DNA from: Lama glama
Taxonomy: Eukaryota
Direction: 5' to 3'
DNA: 64,000 bases
NCBI GenBank assembly: GCA_028534125.1
Contig: CM052832.1
Span: 20,772,001 to 20,836,000 of the forward strand
Within the stretch, counting starts at the first letter, position 1. Each line of letters opens with the position of its first letter. Made by a program: the position numbers and the translations under genes. The notes under the pieces were generated by a model, which did no database searches, was not told the origin of the DNA, and saw nothing but the letters and a program-made list of their open reading frames with translations. Positions 1-11,623 of the stretch are shown here, one piece after another.

Positions 1-9
1 TAACACATA

Positions 10-230
10 TACTTCTTACCAAGTGCCAATCAGTCTTCCAAGCACCTACCATTGATTAACATGCAACATCTGCACACACAAAAAAAAAAAAGCCTATGAC
101 GTAGCTTTCATCCTCCCCATTTACTTCTGGACACTGAGACCAAGACCAGTTAGGTGACATTCTCAAGGTCCCCACAGAAAAGACTTGCACAGCTTATAAC
201 CCAAGTGACCTGCTCTCTGGCTGCCTCTCA
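10..230 (-). mobile_element. MIR SINE fragment
   Basis: Degenerate reverse MIR core: cctccccatttac..acactgagacc..gttaggtgacattctcaaggtc. Confidence 0.6.
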
Positions 231-279
231 TCCTCCTGGCTCTCCACTTGTGACATTTCTGTGGTCAAACCACAAAGGA

Positions 280-680
280 CTTCTCCCTGGACCCTGAGCA
301 TGCAAACCTGCTCCCATTTCAGATCCTTTGCACTAGTTATTCTCTTCGCCTGGAGGATTCTTTCCCCACATCTCTGCATGGCTGGTTCCCTCATCGTTCA
401 GGTCTTGTATCAAAGGTCCCTGGCCTGTCCCATCCCTCTGACCAGAATCATCACCACATTTAGCCACCTCTTTTTCTGCATAGCATCCACAACCATCTGA
501 AATGATCTCATCTGTTTGTTTATTAATTCATTAGTGTGTTTATTATGTCTTTCCTGACTAGAATATAAGTTCCACGAGGACAGAGATTTTGAATTTTCAT
601 CACTACATCCTCAATACCTAAAACAGCACAGGGTCCAGAGTCGTAGACAGTAGGAATAGAGGGTGAGTGTCAATGAGTGA
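280..680 (+). mobile_element. L2 LINE 3' end
   Basis: L2 3' motifs cctttgcactagttattctcttcgcctgga and gactagaatataagttccacgaggacagaga. Confidence 0.75.
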
Positions 681-1877
681 TAAACTGATCAAGATGATTT
701 TCCCACATTCTTCTCGGTTAGTCAAAAAGTCTGACTGCTCAAGTGACTCACAGGATTTACTGAATCACTGTTACCCCATTTAAGTGAGAAGTATCTTCAG
801 ACACAGGAGAAATGAGTTTACTGACAATGTTTAGTAACAGCATTTCTCAGAATTTCTGCTTTACTGTTGACTCCTATCAAGAAAATTATGTAACATTTCA
901 TTTTTTTAATTAAATGAGTGTATTTATATCAGAGAAGAGTTCAGATCTTTTACTAAATCACTCAAGAAACTGAGTGACAATTTGAGTCATCAAAAACGTT
1001 AAGCTCACAGAATCTAATCCTTCCAAGAACACTTAAATTTTATATTAAAATCTATATGCGCAAAGAGCACAGCACAAGTGACATGCAACAGTAACCGTGT
1101 TTCACGCCCTCCCTGGGGAAGGCGGTAAAATACCGTTTTTTCAGTACAGAAAAATCCTGCAGAGGGAAGAATGAGCCAATCTTGAGCACAGTCTGACCGC
1201 ACATGGGTGCAGCTTAAAGAACACAGGGGTCCTTAGACTCGGAGGACGTGTAACAATGAAAGGTCAAGGCCTTTACTGTTCTCAAAAGTCTCACAATCAC
1301 TTCCATAAATTATTTAAGGGAGCTTTCAAAATCCATACGCCACACTAAGAGAAGATAAAATAAAAACTAAGAGGATAAAAAATGGAATCAAGGGGAAATG
1401 ACAATAGAAGAAATGGGTTAAAGACAAGACTAAAGTGAATACACAAGCTGCCTGTGGATCCAGACCTTTGCTAGGAGAAGGTCCTATGTTGACCCTACCT
1501 TTTCTGGCATCCAGGGCAAGGGGGCCTTGGGGGACAGAGCCAGGGAGCTGAGGATTCAGATGTGGCCCAATCAGGTACCTTATTCCTAGCACAGGTTGGC
1601 GGGGGTGGAATGGGGCCCAGGACAGATTCTGCAATTTTTGAAATGTAAGAGAGTCTTGCCCCATGAATCCTCATAAAGATGATACCGGGTGATGAAATAA
1701 ACCCAACAGCATTCTTACACTAAATGCAGGAGCATGCTTCATAAGACCATTTCTTATAAAATTACTCACTCCAGGCAGGGGCATTGCACTAAAGCAATTC
1801 AGTAAAGGCAATTATACGAGGGGCCAACAGCAATAAGCAATTAACGTAGTTAATGCAGCTGGACTCATGTCCTTCCA

Positions 1878-1938
1878 GTGGTGGGTGGGTGTGTGGGTGG
1901 GTGTGTGTGTGTGTGGGTGGGTGTGGGTGTGTGTGTGT
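1878..1938 (+). repeat. Compound (GT)n/(GGGT)n microsatellite
   Basis: Directly visible. Confidence 0.95.
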
Positions 1939-3109
1939 TTATAAATATACTTTTGTTCAACTGAGCTTTTCATAAAATTGGAGCAGCAGGGAGCTTCAGG
2001 TAGTATCCCTTGACAGTTACCTAGAGTGCAGCTGTCCCATGTTGTGCCTTAGCTTAGAAGCATATGTCTGAATTGGGATGGACTAACATTCTCTTAGGTA
2101 AGCTAATGTGCCCACCCAACAGGACATAGGGTGCATAGGAAGCCTCTCACTCCCTAGGGGAAGATGCAAGAAGTTCCTCATGATGTAATTTCATACATAC
2201 AGATGAAGGGACCAACAGGTCCCCAAAGTTCTCTAGCAAGGGTGGATGGAGAAAATTATACATGCAGGCAAACCAATCATGCGTGCTCTTTGGCCCTTTT
2301 TTTTTTTTTTTAAGTATAAGGAAAGTACCCTTAGAGCAGTTAATCTTGAATAGCAGGTCATTCTCTATATAGTAAAACTGATTGCAAAATAGATACCTAG
2401 AGAAACAAATGGGTTAACCTATTGCATAAGATCATAAATTATAAGGCAGTTGTATGGATAGTTTGCCAAATTAATAACTTGTCTTGGAGTGATGCACCTG
2501 AACCCCCTACTTTGGGAACAAATAGCATGGCCAGGTGTCTGTTAAAGCCCTTGCTGGTTCATGGTACTTAACACCTTGCACTTCCATAGAACCTAAGATG
2601 CCCTCTCTATTTTCTGCTTTGTTGTCATACTCTAAGAAAACATATACTTAATATGTAATATATGTATGTGGTTAATTGCTGTATTTACATGTTAATTTAC
2701 ATATATTAATATGTCATATTATAATAGACAATTAACTATAAAGTATATCATTTTTTTAAAAATAGACCTTCTGAACTCTTCTGTAGAAATCTCACAGAGA
2801 ATGTAGTTTACATTACCCTCATTGTTTACACTTTCCTCCTAATGAGAAACCTTACATGAAACTTCTTTCTGGAATTAGTACACAAAATAATTGTGCCTCT
2901 GAAACAATTGGTCTACTTTTAAACATATAAACTCTGTGAATTATGGAACTGTTCAGGTTACCATTTTCAGTTAATTGTTAAAAAGCTTAGTGCTGATTTT
3001 TGGTCCACTTGTGGCAGTGTAGAGGTTTGTACAACATGTATTTAATATCCCTATCATGGTTTTTCTTAATCTTTTGAAGTTTAAATTATTTTCAATTGAC
3101 TCAGTGATG

Positions 3110-3211
3110 TTATGCTTTCTTGTTCTGTTCTGAATCTCCTTTAAATCTACAATAGTAGAAGACTTGCTGACAACCTGTTTTCTCTTCAGGAACAATGTGG
3201 AATTGAGTAGC
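3110..3211 (-). other. Candidate exon start after a strong acceptor (unverified)
   Basis: Minus strand gttttcttgtc(t)14aaacaaagcag|GCTACT; phase-0 frame ATQFHIVPEEKTGCQQVFYYCRFKGDSEQNKKA*; no homology recognised. Confidence 0.25.
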
Positions 3212-5339
3212 CTGCTTTGTTTAAAAAAAAAAAAAAGACAAGAAAACAAAGCTGGTGTACACTTTTAATCAGATGACTAACGATACAATCAGTCTAAGAT
3301 TGGAGGAGGACAAAATAAGTATATCGTGGACTTTTGTTTTTATTGCTTCGGAACAGAACTGAACATGAAAAGCATAACTCCATGATATTCTTAAAAGTTT
3401 AAAAATAAAATTAAATTGATTTCCCCTAAAGTGTCAGAGATTTTTAGGGGATGAGGGAGATTGCTATTGTTGTTGTTTTAGCTAAGACTATTTGTGAAAA
3501 GTTTAATTGTGAAATGGAACTAATTTCAAAATGTTTAGTATATATACATTAAATTAGCATACTATAAGACTTCTTGAATCATTTGTTATAAAATTTGAAT
3601 CTTTTGTGAATTACTTCTAATATCAATTTTTTGCTCTATGTCACACAGGTATCATTTTCTTCAACTACTACATATATCCCAAAATTCCCTTCAACAGTTT
3701 TATCATAATATTACTATCGTTTTAGAGCCACTAGACCATAGAATGAATTTAAAAAGGATGTGACTATGATGGTATTTTTGTAAGTCTTGCAATATTTGGT
3801 AATTCATGTACTCCAATTTACTGATTAGTTTGAACAGAAATTTTCAAAAAAGCTTAACAGGAATATTTCCATCCCAAAATTTTCAGAGTAGCCATATTTT
3901 AAAACTGTTTTTAGTAACATGGATTTTCTATTTCAATATGTTTTTATAACAAATATTTGACAACGTGCAGTGGTTTTTCTAGTTATATGTTCTCTATCAT
4001 TTTAAGATTTTATTTCTTCCATCAAATACTTGGTATAACATTTTATTTACTGTCAAATACAATTTTATGCTGCATGCTGTATGTGAACATGTAGGTATTT
4101 TCAATTCAGAAAGTGAGGTACAAAAGAAAAAACTCTTTTTGGTAAAACTATCTTTCAAATTTTAAATTTGATAAATAATAATTAGCTAAACATTTTGGAA
4201 ACGAAGGAAACTGATAAAGAAGAGGTGAATGAATGTGAACAAAATGAAACTAGAGGAGAAAATCAACCTGTTAAGCAAATACGCTCTTAACTTCTAAGAA
4301 GCAACTGTGGAGCCTCTTTATGCAATGCCTTCCGACAGCTTAGTGGTGGCGAAGAGATATTTTCTTCATTAGCAAAACCAAGCGTTAGGCAGCGAACTAT
4401 TCTTTGTTCTCTTATGGTAACAAGAATAGTCAGCGTGTGATTTTAAGATAAGACAAATCCCACAGTCATAGAAAAATTAGGCTCACGGTCCTATAGTCAT
4501 ATTTTATTTAGTAAACAAAAATCTAATTTGTGCCCTAGTGTAGGACTTTCACACAGAAGTTTTGTTTTTCTGTTTTAAATACTAACCTTATACAAGAATA
4601 ATATGGTTTTTTAAAAAATCAAGACTTTACTGGGTAGTCCTATAATAATCTAAACACATGCAATAAATTTGGCCTTTGTGACCCCAGAAACCAGAAGAAT
4701 GAACCCTACGCAAATACATTCATCAGGCCTCAGAAAGTGAAATTACAAAAGGAAGAGACAACCTTGAGTGTCATTTGAGATCTAGGCACTCTGAGTATGT
4801 AGCTTAAAAGGCTTTTATAAATAAAAATTATTATTATATTGTACCGTAGTCATTGCCAGTAAAATCAGCAAGTGTTTTAAAATAATGGACTTGTCCTGAT
4901 GCTATTAATATAAATTTGAGTATAAACATTAATCGAGTTTTCCCATTGTCTCAAAAACTATATACCTTTGCTTAGTACCTGAAATAATTACTTGAAAATT
5001 ATCAGATATAGCACATCTTTCATTAACCTTTAGCCAAAAGTTATGCAACAACACAAGAACCACCTCAAAATTTAAGTGAAGAATGAAAAATTAAAATACA
5101 TTTTAAAGAAAAAAAATTTGTCTTTCAAATTAGAGCAAAAATAAAAACAAACACCAGTTTTGTTTTGACTAACAGAATCTTCCTCTTTCCAATTATTTCC
5201 ATAGTTCCAACACTCTAACTAGATAGACAGTTTTATGATCAACAGCAAAAAAAAAAAAAAAATTCCTTAATTATGTTAATTCTCTCATTTTCCTTCACTC
5301 TAGGATATTCAAGACAATAAGTCTAGAGGTGGAAAACTG

Positions 5340-5760
5340 TTAGTTATCATAGTCTTATCCACAGAGAAATGACAGTTGAGAAATCAGATATTCCCCAAAG
5401 GAGGAGGAAAAGAACAGATATTCTAGAAACGAGCATTACAGAACACACACATTCAGAAGAGTGGCCAAAAAAACCAGTGAAATAAGGAGCAGTCCAGATG
5501 ACAGAAGACAGCCCAGAATCAATGCCTCAAAAGACAATTGTTTCAACAATGCATGGTTCAAAATATTAAAATTTGCAGAGATGTTATGGAGAATGAACAC
5601 TGAGCCAAGGCCATCAGATATGGTTAAAAGAATGTATTAATGGTACTCTGTAACAGTCTCAGAAAAGATACAGAATTAATTCAGATCATAAGGATATAGA
5701 GTAAACACACAGACATGAGATGTTGACCATTCATCCTAAAAGTGTGGCAGTAAGAGAAGC
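5340..5760 (-). mobile_element. L2 LINE internal fragment
   Basis: Purine-rich L2 antisense signature (tgcagagatgttatggagaatgaacactgag..ccatcagatatgg). Confidence 0.55.
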
Positions 5761-7982
5761 AGAAATGTCAGAGCAGCAGCTACACATATGACACGAAAAC
5801 ACATCATTATGAGGTATTATTCACATCTGTCCTCAGTGTGGGAACACTCATCTTTGCCCTAGATTTATCACTTATTTACTACATTGATTTTTTTTCATTT
5901 AATTACTACTCTCAATATAATATTCTGTTATTTAAAATCTGCAATGGGACCTCTTCATCTAGATTTAGTACAAATCCCAAAACAGTGGGGTATTTCCTAA
6001 AAAGAGCACTTGAACTACTTTCATATAAAGGCAATTCAACATCTCTATCATAGAGTAAATACCTAGCACAGATAAATGTTAGTGAAATATTCTTCACAAT
6101 TAGTTATATGATGCTTTATAAAACACTGTGCTTTGCAATCTATTGTTAAAATTCAAGTTGAGTTACACGTACTTCTATTGAATTATGACAATAAATTCAA
6201 GAGGAACTGAAAAAATACATTATAAATAAAATCCTAAGACTATTAAAATTGTCCTTAAAGGAACGGTGCAAGAAAATAAACAGCATCCATTTATACTATA
6301 CTTACAAGTAAGATTAATAAGAAATGGTCCTAAAATATCTCAAAGGATCTCTCGTGCATGCCTAATATGTAACCCTGTGATTTCTAATTTCTCCTAGTAG
6401 GGACTTTAATTTTAAAAGATGGTGAAATTTGGATTAGTGACTATTTAATGACTTTTTAAAAAATTCATAGTCACATCATTGCTGTCAGAATACACTGAAA
6501 TACAACACTGTAAGACAAATACATTTCACTCTATACTTGATTGTGATGGAGGGGCGGGGAGACTGACAAGGTGGGTAGATAGAAGAAGGCACTGAAAAAG
6601 GTAAACTATCAGTTGTTACAGGGAAAGGTAAATTATAGTTGCCCATGACATTTGTTGCTAATTATAACAATCATCTTCCTCGACCACAGGAGGATAATGA
6701 TACTCAATCAAGAGTGAGTACTCACAATTTCCTCCCCAGGCTCCACAGCCCCATCTGATTCAGTCTCTGTGTCCTTCACCAAGTAGGAATCGAATTGTTC
6801 TTTCTTGAATTAGTTCTAAACCATTCTTTAACCCTTTTTCTATTCCATTATCCAAGAGCTCTTTGTCTTGGGATTGAGCAACCTGACTGTGAAAAAAAAA
6901 ACGACAAAGAGAGAAAAAAAGGAAAGAGATCAATTCAAACTAACAAGATACATATGAAGAATAAAAGCAAAATATAGACATCTGAAAAAGATGTTTGTCA
7001 GATAAATAAAAGATGATAAAAGTATAGTTATGAATTGTCTTATGCTCTGCTGAATAATTCTTAAGGCATATTACACAAGAGCATTTCTAACCTTTGCTTT
7101 GAACCTAAAATAGGCCTGAAGCCACCAATTTCGATGCTAACTTTTAAACGAAAAAACACACCTGAAAACATTACAATTGAAGACTAGACAAATAATACTC
7201 TAAATAACATTGTCCCTAATTTTCCACTACAGTTTTCATGTACTTTAATATCTATGTGAAATGTTTACTCAAAATAATTTCAGTTTTCATGTATTTTTAT
7301 AATAAAGGCGATGAATTAAGTACATAAATAAATACAAATTAACTGGACATTTGTATAAGGCTTTAAATATCATGCCGTATATGCCATAAAAGTGTCACCT
7401 AGGGGAAAGCTGTGTGCTCTGATTTTGGATTCATAAAACAGAGTCATCACAGACACTGATCACATGTAGAAATACAGGATAAACACCGACCAGAGGCGCT
7501 CACTGTGTAGTTAAGAGTATACCAAAACAGAGTAAGTTTAAACTGTAATAGGTACAATTTTGATAAGAGATAAAGAAGAAAACTTTGATGTGTCATTCAA
7601 ATCTGCAAAGGTAGTTAATGCATTTAACTTGGTCTCTAAACATAAAACAGCCACCAATCATCACTGTCATCACCATCCATTATTGCCATTGTCATGATCA
7701 TCACCATGTTCAGCATTTTCAAGACCCTCACATGGTCTCTGTCATCATAAAAAAATTCCATATATTGGGCAATTTATGGCCTTTCAGCCCCAGTCTGCTT
7801 TTCTTTACTGGCTTTCTGATAATGGAAGTTTAAACACTTCTTGGCAGCAAGCACGGCAATAAGCTTTGTCAACAGAAGGCGCTGGAGGACATTATAGAGG
7901 AGGAACTCGTCTTCCTACTTCCTCTTGGGAGCCTATACTCCATGTAGATTTTCACACATGTAAGTAAAATGATGCCTAGAGA

Positions 7983-8700
7983 TAGGGGCAGATCCAGATT
8001 GTGGGGATCAAAGCATTTTAGGGGACACATTATAAGAAAAAAAACAAAATTATGAGTTCAAAATTAAGTATAAATACTTGGAATGAAAAATAAATCATAA
8101 CAGATTTCAACATATAAAAGCTGATAAATACCACAAATAATCAAAGGAAAATAAACATTCCTATTAATAACCTGACAGGCTCACCTCTACAATAAATTGT
8201 GCTCGTGGTTTTTGGCTTCAGTCTCTTTGATTGCCTCTTTTGCAAAGATGGTAGCTAATTTAGTCTCTCCTTGAGCATGGTTAATTAAATTTTTTATTAT
8301 TGATATATTTTTTATTATCGATATATTTTTTTAAAGTTTTTAGCTTCTTGATGCATTACTAGTAATGTAATTAAAAGTTTTGTTGATAACTTACAAAAAC
8401 CTCTATCAAGCTCTATCAAGATTTTGTTAAGATGAGTGCAGAATTTAGAACAATCTTCCACATACAAGTTCTTGGATCCATATGTTTATATATTATACAT
8501 CTTATTTTTCCTCCATTAGCCACACAGGTCCATGCTCAGCACCACAGGACACGTTCATATGGCCCTGATCCTTCCTATACAGATGCTAGTGAGAGTAGGA
8601 GTCAACAGAAGTAGTTCCAGAAGCCATTCCTAAACCAGAATGACCAGCAGTGATTTAACTCTACATGAAAGTGACTATGAATCCCATAAACTGATCCCGA
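7983..8700. mobile_element. hAT-Tip100 DNA transposon remnant (Zaphod/MER115-like)
   Basis: Terminus taggggcagatccagattgtgggg and internal aaaagctgataaataccacaaa match the recalled Zaphod-type end. Confidence 0.65.
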
Positions 8701-8729
8701 TGTACCCACAATACCACTTGAAATGAAAA

Positions 8730-8855
8730 AAACATTTGGGGATAATGGATACATTCATATCTTGATTGTATAGTATGGGTGTACTCATATGTCGAACATA
8801 ACAAACTGCACACTTTATAGATGTGCAGTTTATTGTATGCTGAGTGCAAATTTGT
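8730..8855 (+). mobile_element. Old L1 (L1MC/ME) 3' end fragment
   Basis: ggggataatggatacattcatatcttgattgt..aaactgcacacttta..gtgcagtttattgtatg. Confidence 0.7.
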
Positions 8856-9755
8856 TTTCGTAAGTAACGTATCAGATAGACTCTCATCAGGCGACAGAAA
8901 ACACACAGTGATTTGAACAGAGAAGATTTGATAAAAAGAATAATTAACTATTGAGTTACTGAGCCCTTCTCCCGTAGCTCTGAAGGGTCACTGCACTCGG
9001 TACAAACACAAGGCATGATACAACTAATTTAAGACTCCTTTATAAATAAAGTTTGCAGTAACTATAGAAAAGAATAATGAACTTTAATGAAAGGTAACAA
9101 TGAAAATATAAAGAAAACTCTACAGAATAACATAAATTTGAGAGAGAATACTCAAGGAGGAACAAACTCGGAAGGGGGTCCCCTCCCCAAAGCTCAATTA
9201 AGACTTTCCTGGAAAAGGTGAACTTGTAGCTCACCAAATGGCAGAGACGTTTTGCTGAATTGCCTAAGCCTGAGCTGGTCCACAGATGTTGAGCAAGTAG
9301 GGAAAAAAAAAAGTAAATTAAAACCTCTTCCAGTTTCAGGTGAAACAATATTGATCAATGAGGGCACAAAAGGAGCCGAGGTAGAGGGACAGCAGCCAGG
9401 GGTATGAATGTCATTGTCAGGAGGACTGTGAGAAACAAGCCTATGGGGTACAGATGGGTCAAGGGTGGTGGGACACTGTGCAGAGGAGGTTGGAGTGCTG
9501 GGAGCCTACTGACCAAAAGGGCAGAGCAACACCTGGAGCATATGGTGTCCACGTCAGCAGGGCCCCAGTGAGCACCATGGCCAGGGCTGTGAGCTTCCTA
9601 AGGGGTCGAGCACTCTGGATGTGCTGGGGCAGTGCACTGCTGACAGCCACTCAGCAGGAGCAAAGAAGTGGTGAGACAGTGGCAAACTGGGACTTTTAAG
9701 TCTGAAACTTTGGAAGATCTGAAATGTTATGCAATCTGTAAAAGCTAACAAGTAA

Positions 9756-9839
9756 GCCTGCCACAGGGGTGTGTGTGTGTCTGTGTGTGTGTGTGTGTGC
9801 GCCTGCCACAGGGGTGTGTGTGTGTGTGTGTGTGTGTGT
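9756..9839 (+). repeat. Tandemly duplicated GCCTGCCACAGGG+(GT)n unit
   Basis: Identical gcctgccacagggg at 9756 and 9801, each followed by a GT tract. Confidence 0.95.
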
Positions 9840-10079
9840 AAACCTCTTGTTCAGGCAACAGTACTTTTACATACAGAGCCGTCTGTGTCCATTCCTCATG
9901 ATTCAGTTTTCCCACAGGGTGATGCAGTGGAACATCACATGCTCTATTTCCACATCACATCACGATTTCCCCATGTGGAAATTGTTCCAGATGAAAATGT
10001 GCTGTGATGTGGTAAGACACATGTACCTTATGCATAAAAATCAGCTTTGCACCACAGGAAAGGAACTCCAAAATGATGA

Positions 10080-10487
10080 AATTCAAAGCTTACACAGTGC
10101 TGCTGGCACACCTGCCAGCTTCCTCTTTAGAGAGACCTTTGCTCCAGAATATAAACAAATCCTCTCTGGGGAGTCCATCTTCTCCCCACTAAATCACCAC
10201 CCTGGAATATAAACAAATGTAAACAAATGGCTCTGGGGAGATAAACCTGTGTATCTCTCCAGATGTCTCTATCTTTATGGTTCCAGTCAATCATCCTTTA
10301 ACCCAGGTGCCAATGTTCTCTGCTCAAAGCCCTGAGCAAACACGTGAACGTATACATAGAACACTGACTCCCAACAGAAAGGAGAAAGACAAGTCTCTCC
10401 TCTATAATGCCCTCTACTGCCTTCCACTAACAAACCTTACTATCATGCTTGCTGCAAAGGAGAAATGTTTAAGGCTCCCTTACTACA
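10080..10487 (-). mobile_element. ERV LTR-like remnant (family uncertain)
   Basis: Minus strand starts TGTAGTAAGG at 10487; internal direct repeats gaatataaacaaat..ctctggggag. Confidence 0.45.
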
Positions 10488-10752
10488 GAGCAGGTAAAGA
10501 AGAGTGGATTTGGAGCTGAGAGGCAATAAATTGATAACTGGAATAGCTAATAAAGGAATATTGTAAACTTTATGCCTATAAATATGACAACTAGATGAAA
10601 AGGACGAATTCCTAAGAAGACATAAACTACTCAAGCTCACTCAAGAGGAAACAGATCATCTGTATAGCATTGTATCTATTAGGAAATCCAATGTGTAATT
10701 TATAGTCTTCCCACAAAGGACACTCCATGTACAAATGCCTTTATTGGTCAAT

Positions 10753-10887
10753 CCTCTTGTATTAATTATAATTGACATAACATTATTATATTAATTTCCA
10801 GTATACAACATAATATATATTTTTGATATTTGATATTTTCAGCATTATGAAATGATCATGATGCTAAGTCTAGTTACCACCTGTCAC
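10753..10887 (-). mobile_element. Short L1 3' end nested antisense in the old L1
   Basis: tataattgacataacatt..gtatacaacataat..aagtctagttaccacctgtcac; flanked by tta(t/c)tggtcaat at 10741 and 10888. Confidence 0.75.
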
Positions 10888-11202
10888 TTACTGGTCAATT
10901 TTATCAAATACGAAGGAAGAAATAAATTCAACACAAATTCTTCTAGAAATTTGAAGAGAACGTAGTAGCACTTACCAACTCATTCTATGATAATTATTAT
11001 AGCATTGCTCTAAATCCAAAATCAGACAAAGATAACTACAGACCAGCATTCCTCATGAACACAAATGCAAAAAAAAATTTTTTTTAACATTTTAGCAAAT
11101 CAAATCCAACAATAAATAATTCTAAAAAGATAATTCATTATAACCAAGTAGTGTTTATCCCAGGAATATCAGTCTGGTTTAATATTAGAAAGTAATCAAT
11201 GG

Positions 11203-11623
11203 CATTTGTAGCAACCTGGAGATTGTCATTCTAAGTGAAGCAAGTCAGAAAGAGAAAGAAAAATGCCATTTGATATCACTTACATGTGGAATCTTAAAAA
11301 AAAAATGGAAACAAAAGAACTACTTACTATTTATAACTTAGATGACTGATCTCTTGAATATATGTTAAGCACATTTGACTGTCCTTTATGACTGGATGAC
11401 TGCATTCTGTTGACTCTTATTTTGTGGTTGGCTTTATTCCTTTGATAACTATGTAAGTTTAAGAAGCTAAAGCTCTAAACCGTTCTTAGAAACAATAAAT
11501 AGTACATATATGTAAATTTTAAAATATGTGCAATATGTTGTATATATGTATTTACATGCAATATATTGCATGTGTGCAGTCAAACTGTATCAATTTTACC
11601 TAATAAAACTGAAAAATGGAAAA
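11203..11623 (+). mobile_element. Chimeric retroposed insert: L1 3'UTR piece plus unrelated tail
   Basis: 11203-11320 matches the L1 at about 21670-21810; direct repeat aatcaatgg at 11194 and 11624. Confidence 0.75.

Noticed and set aside
8295..8420. Short tandem micro-duplications (also near 36220 and 45583)
   Set aside because: Ordinary two-copy slippage in AT-rich DNA, with no spacer structure
9769..10212. 147-aa and 78-aa ORFs starting MCVC/MCVS
   Set aside because: They start in a GT microsatellite with a non-ATG codon and resemble no known protein
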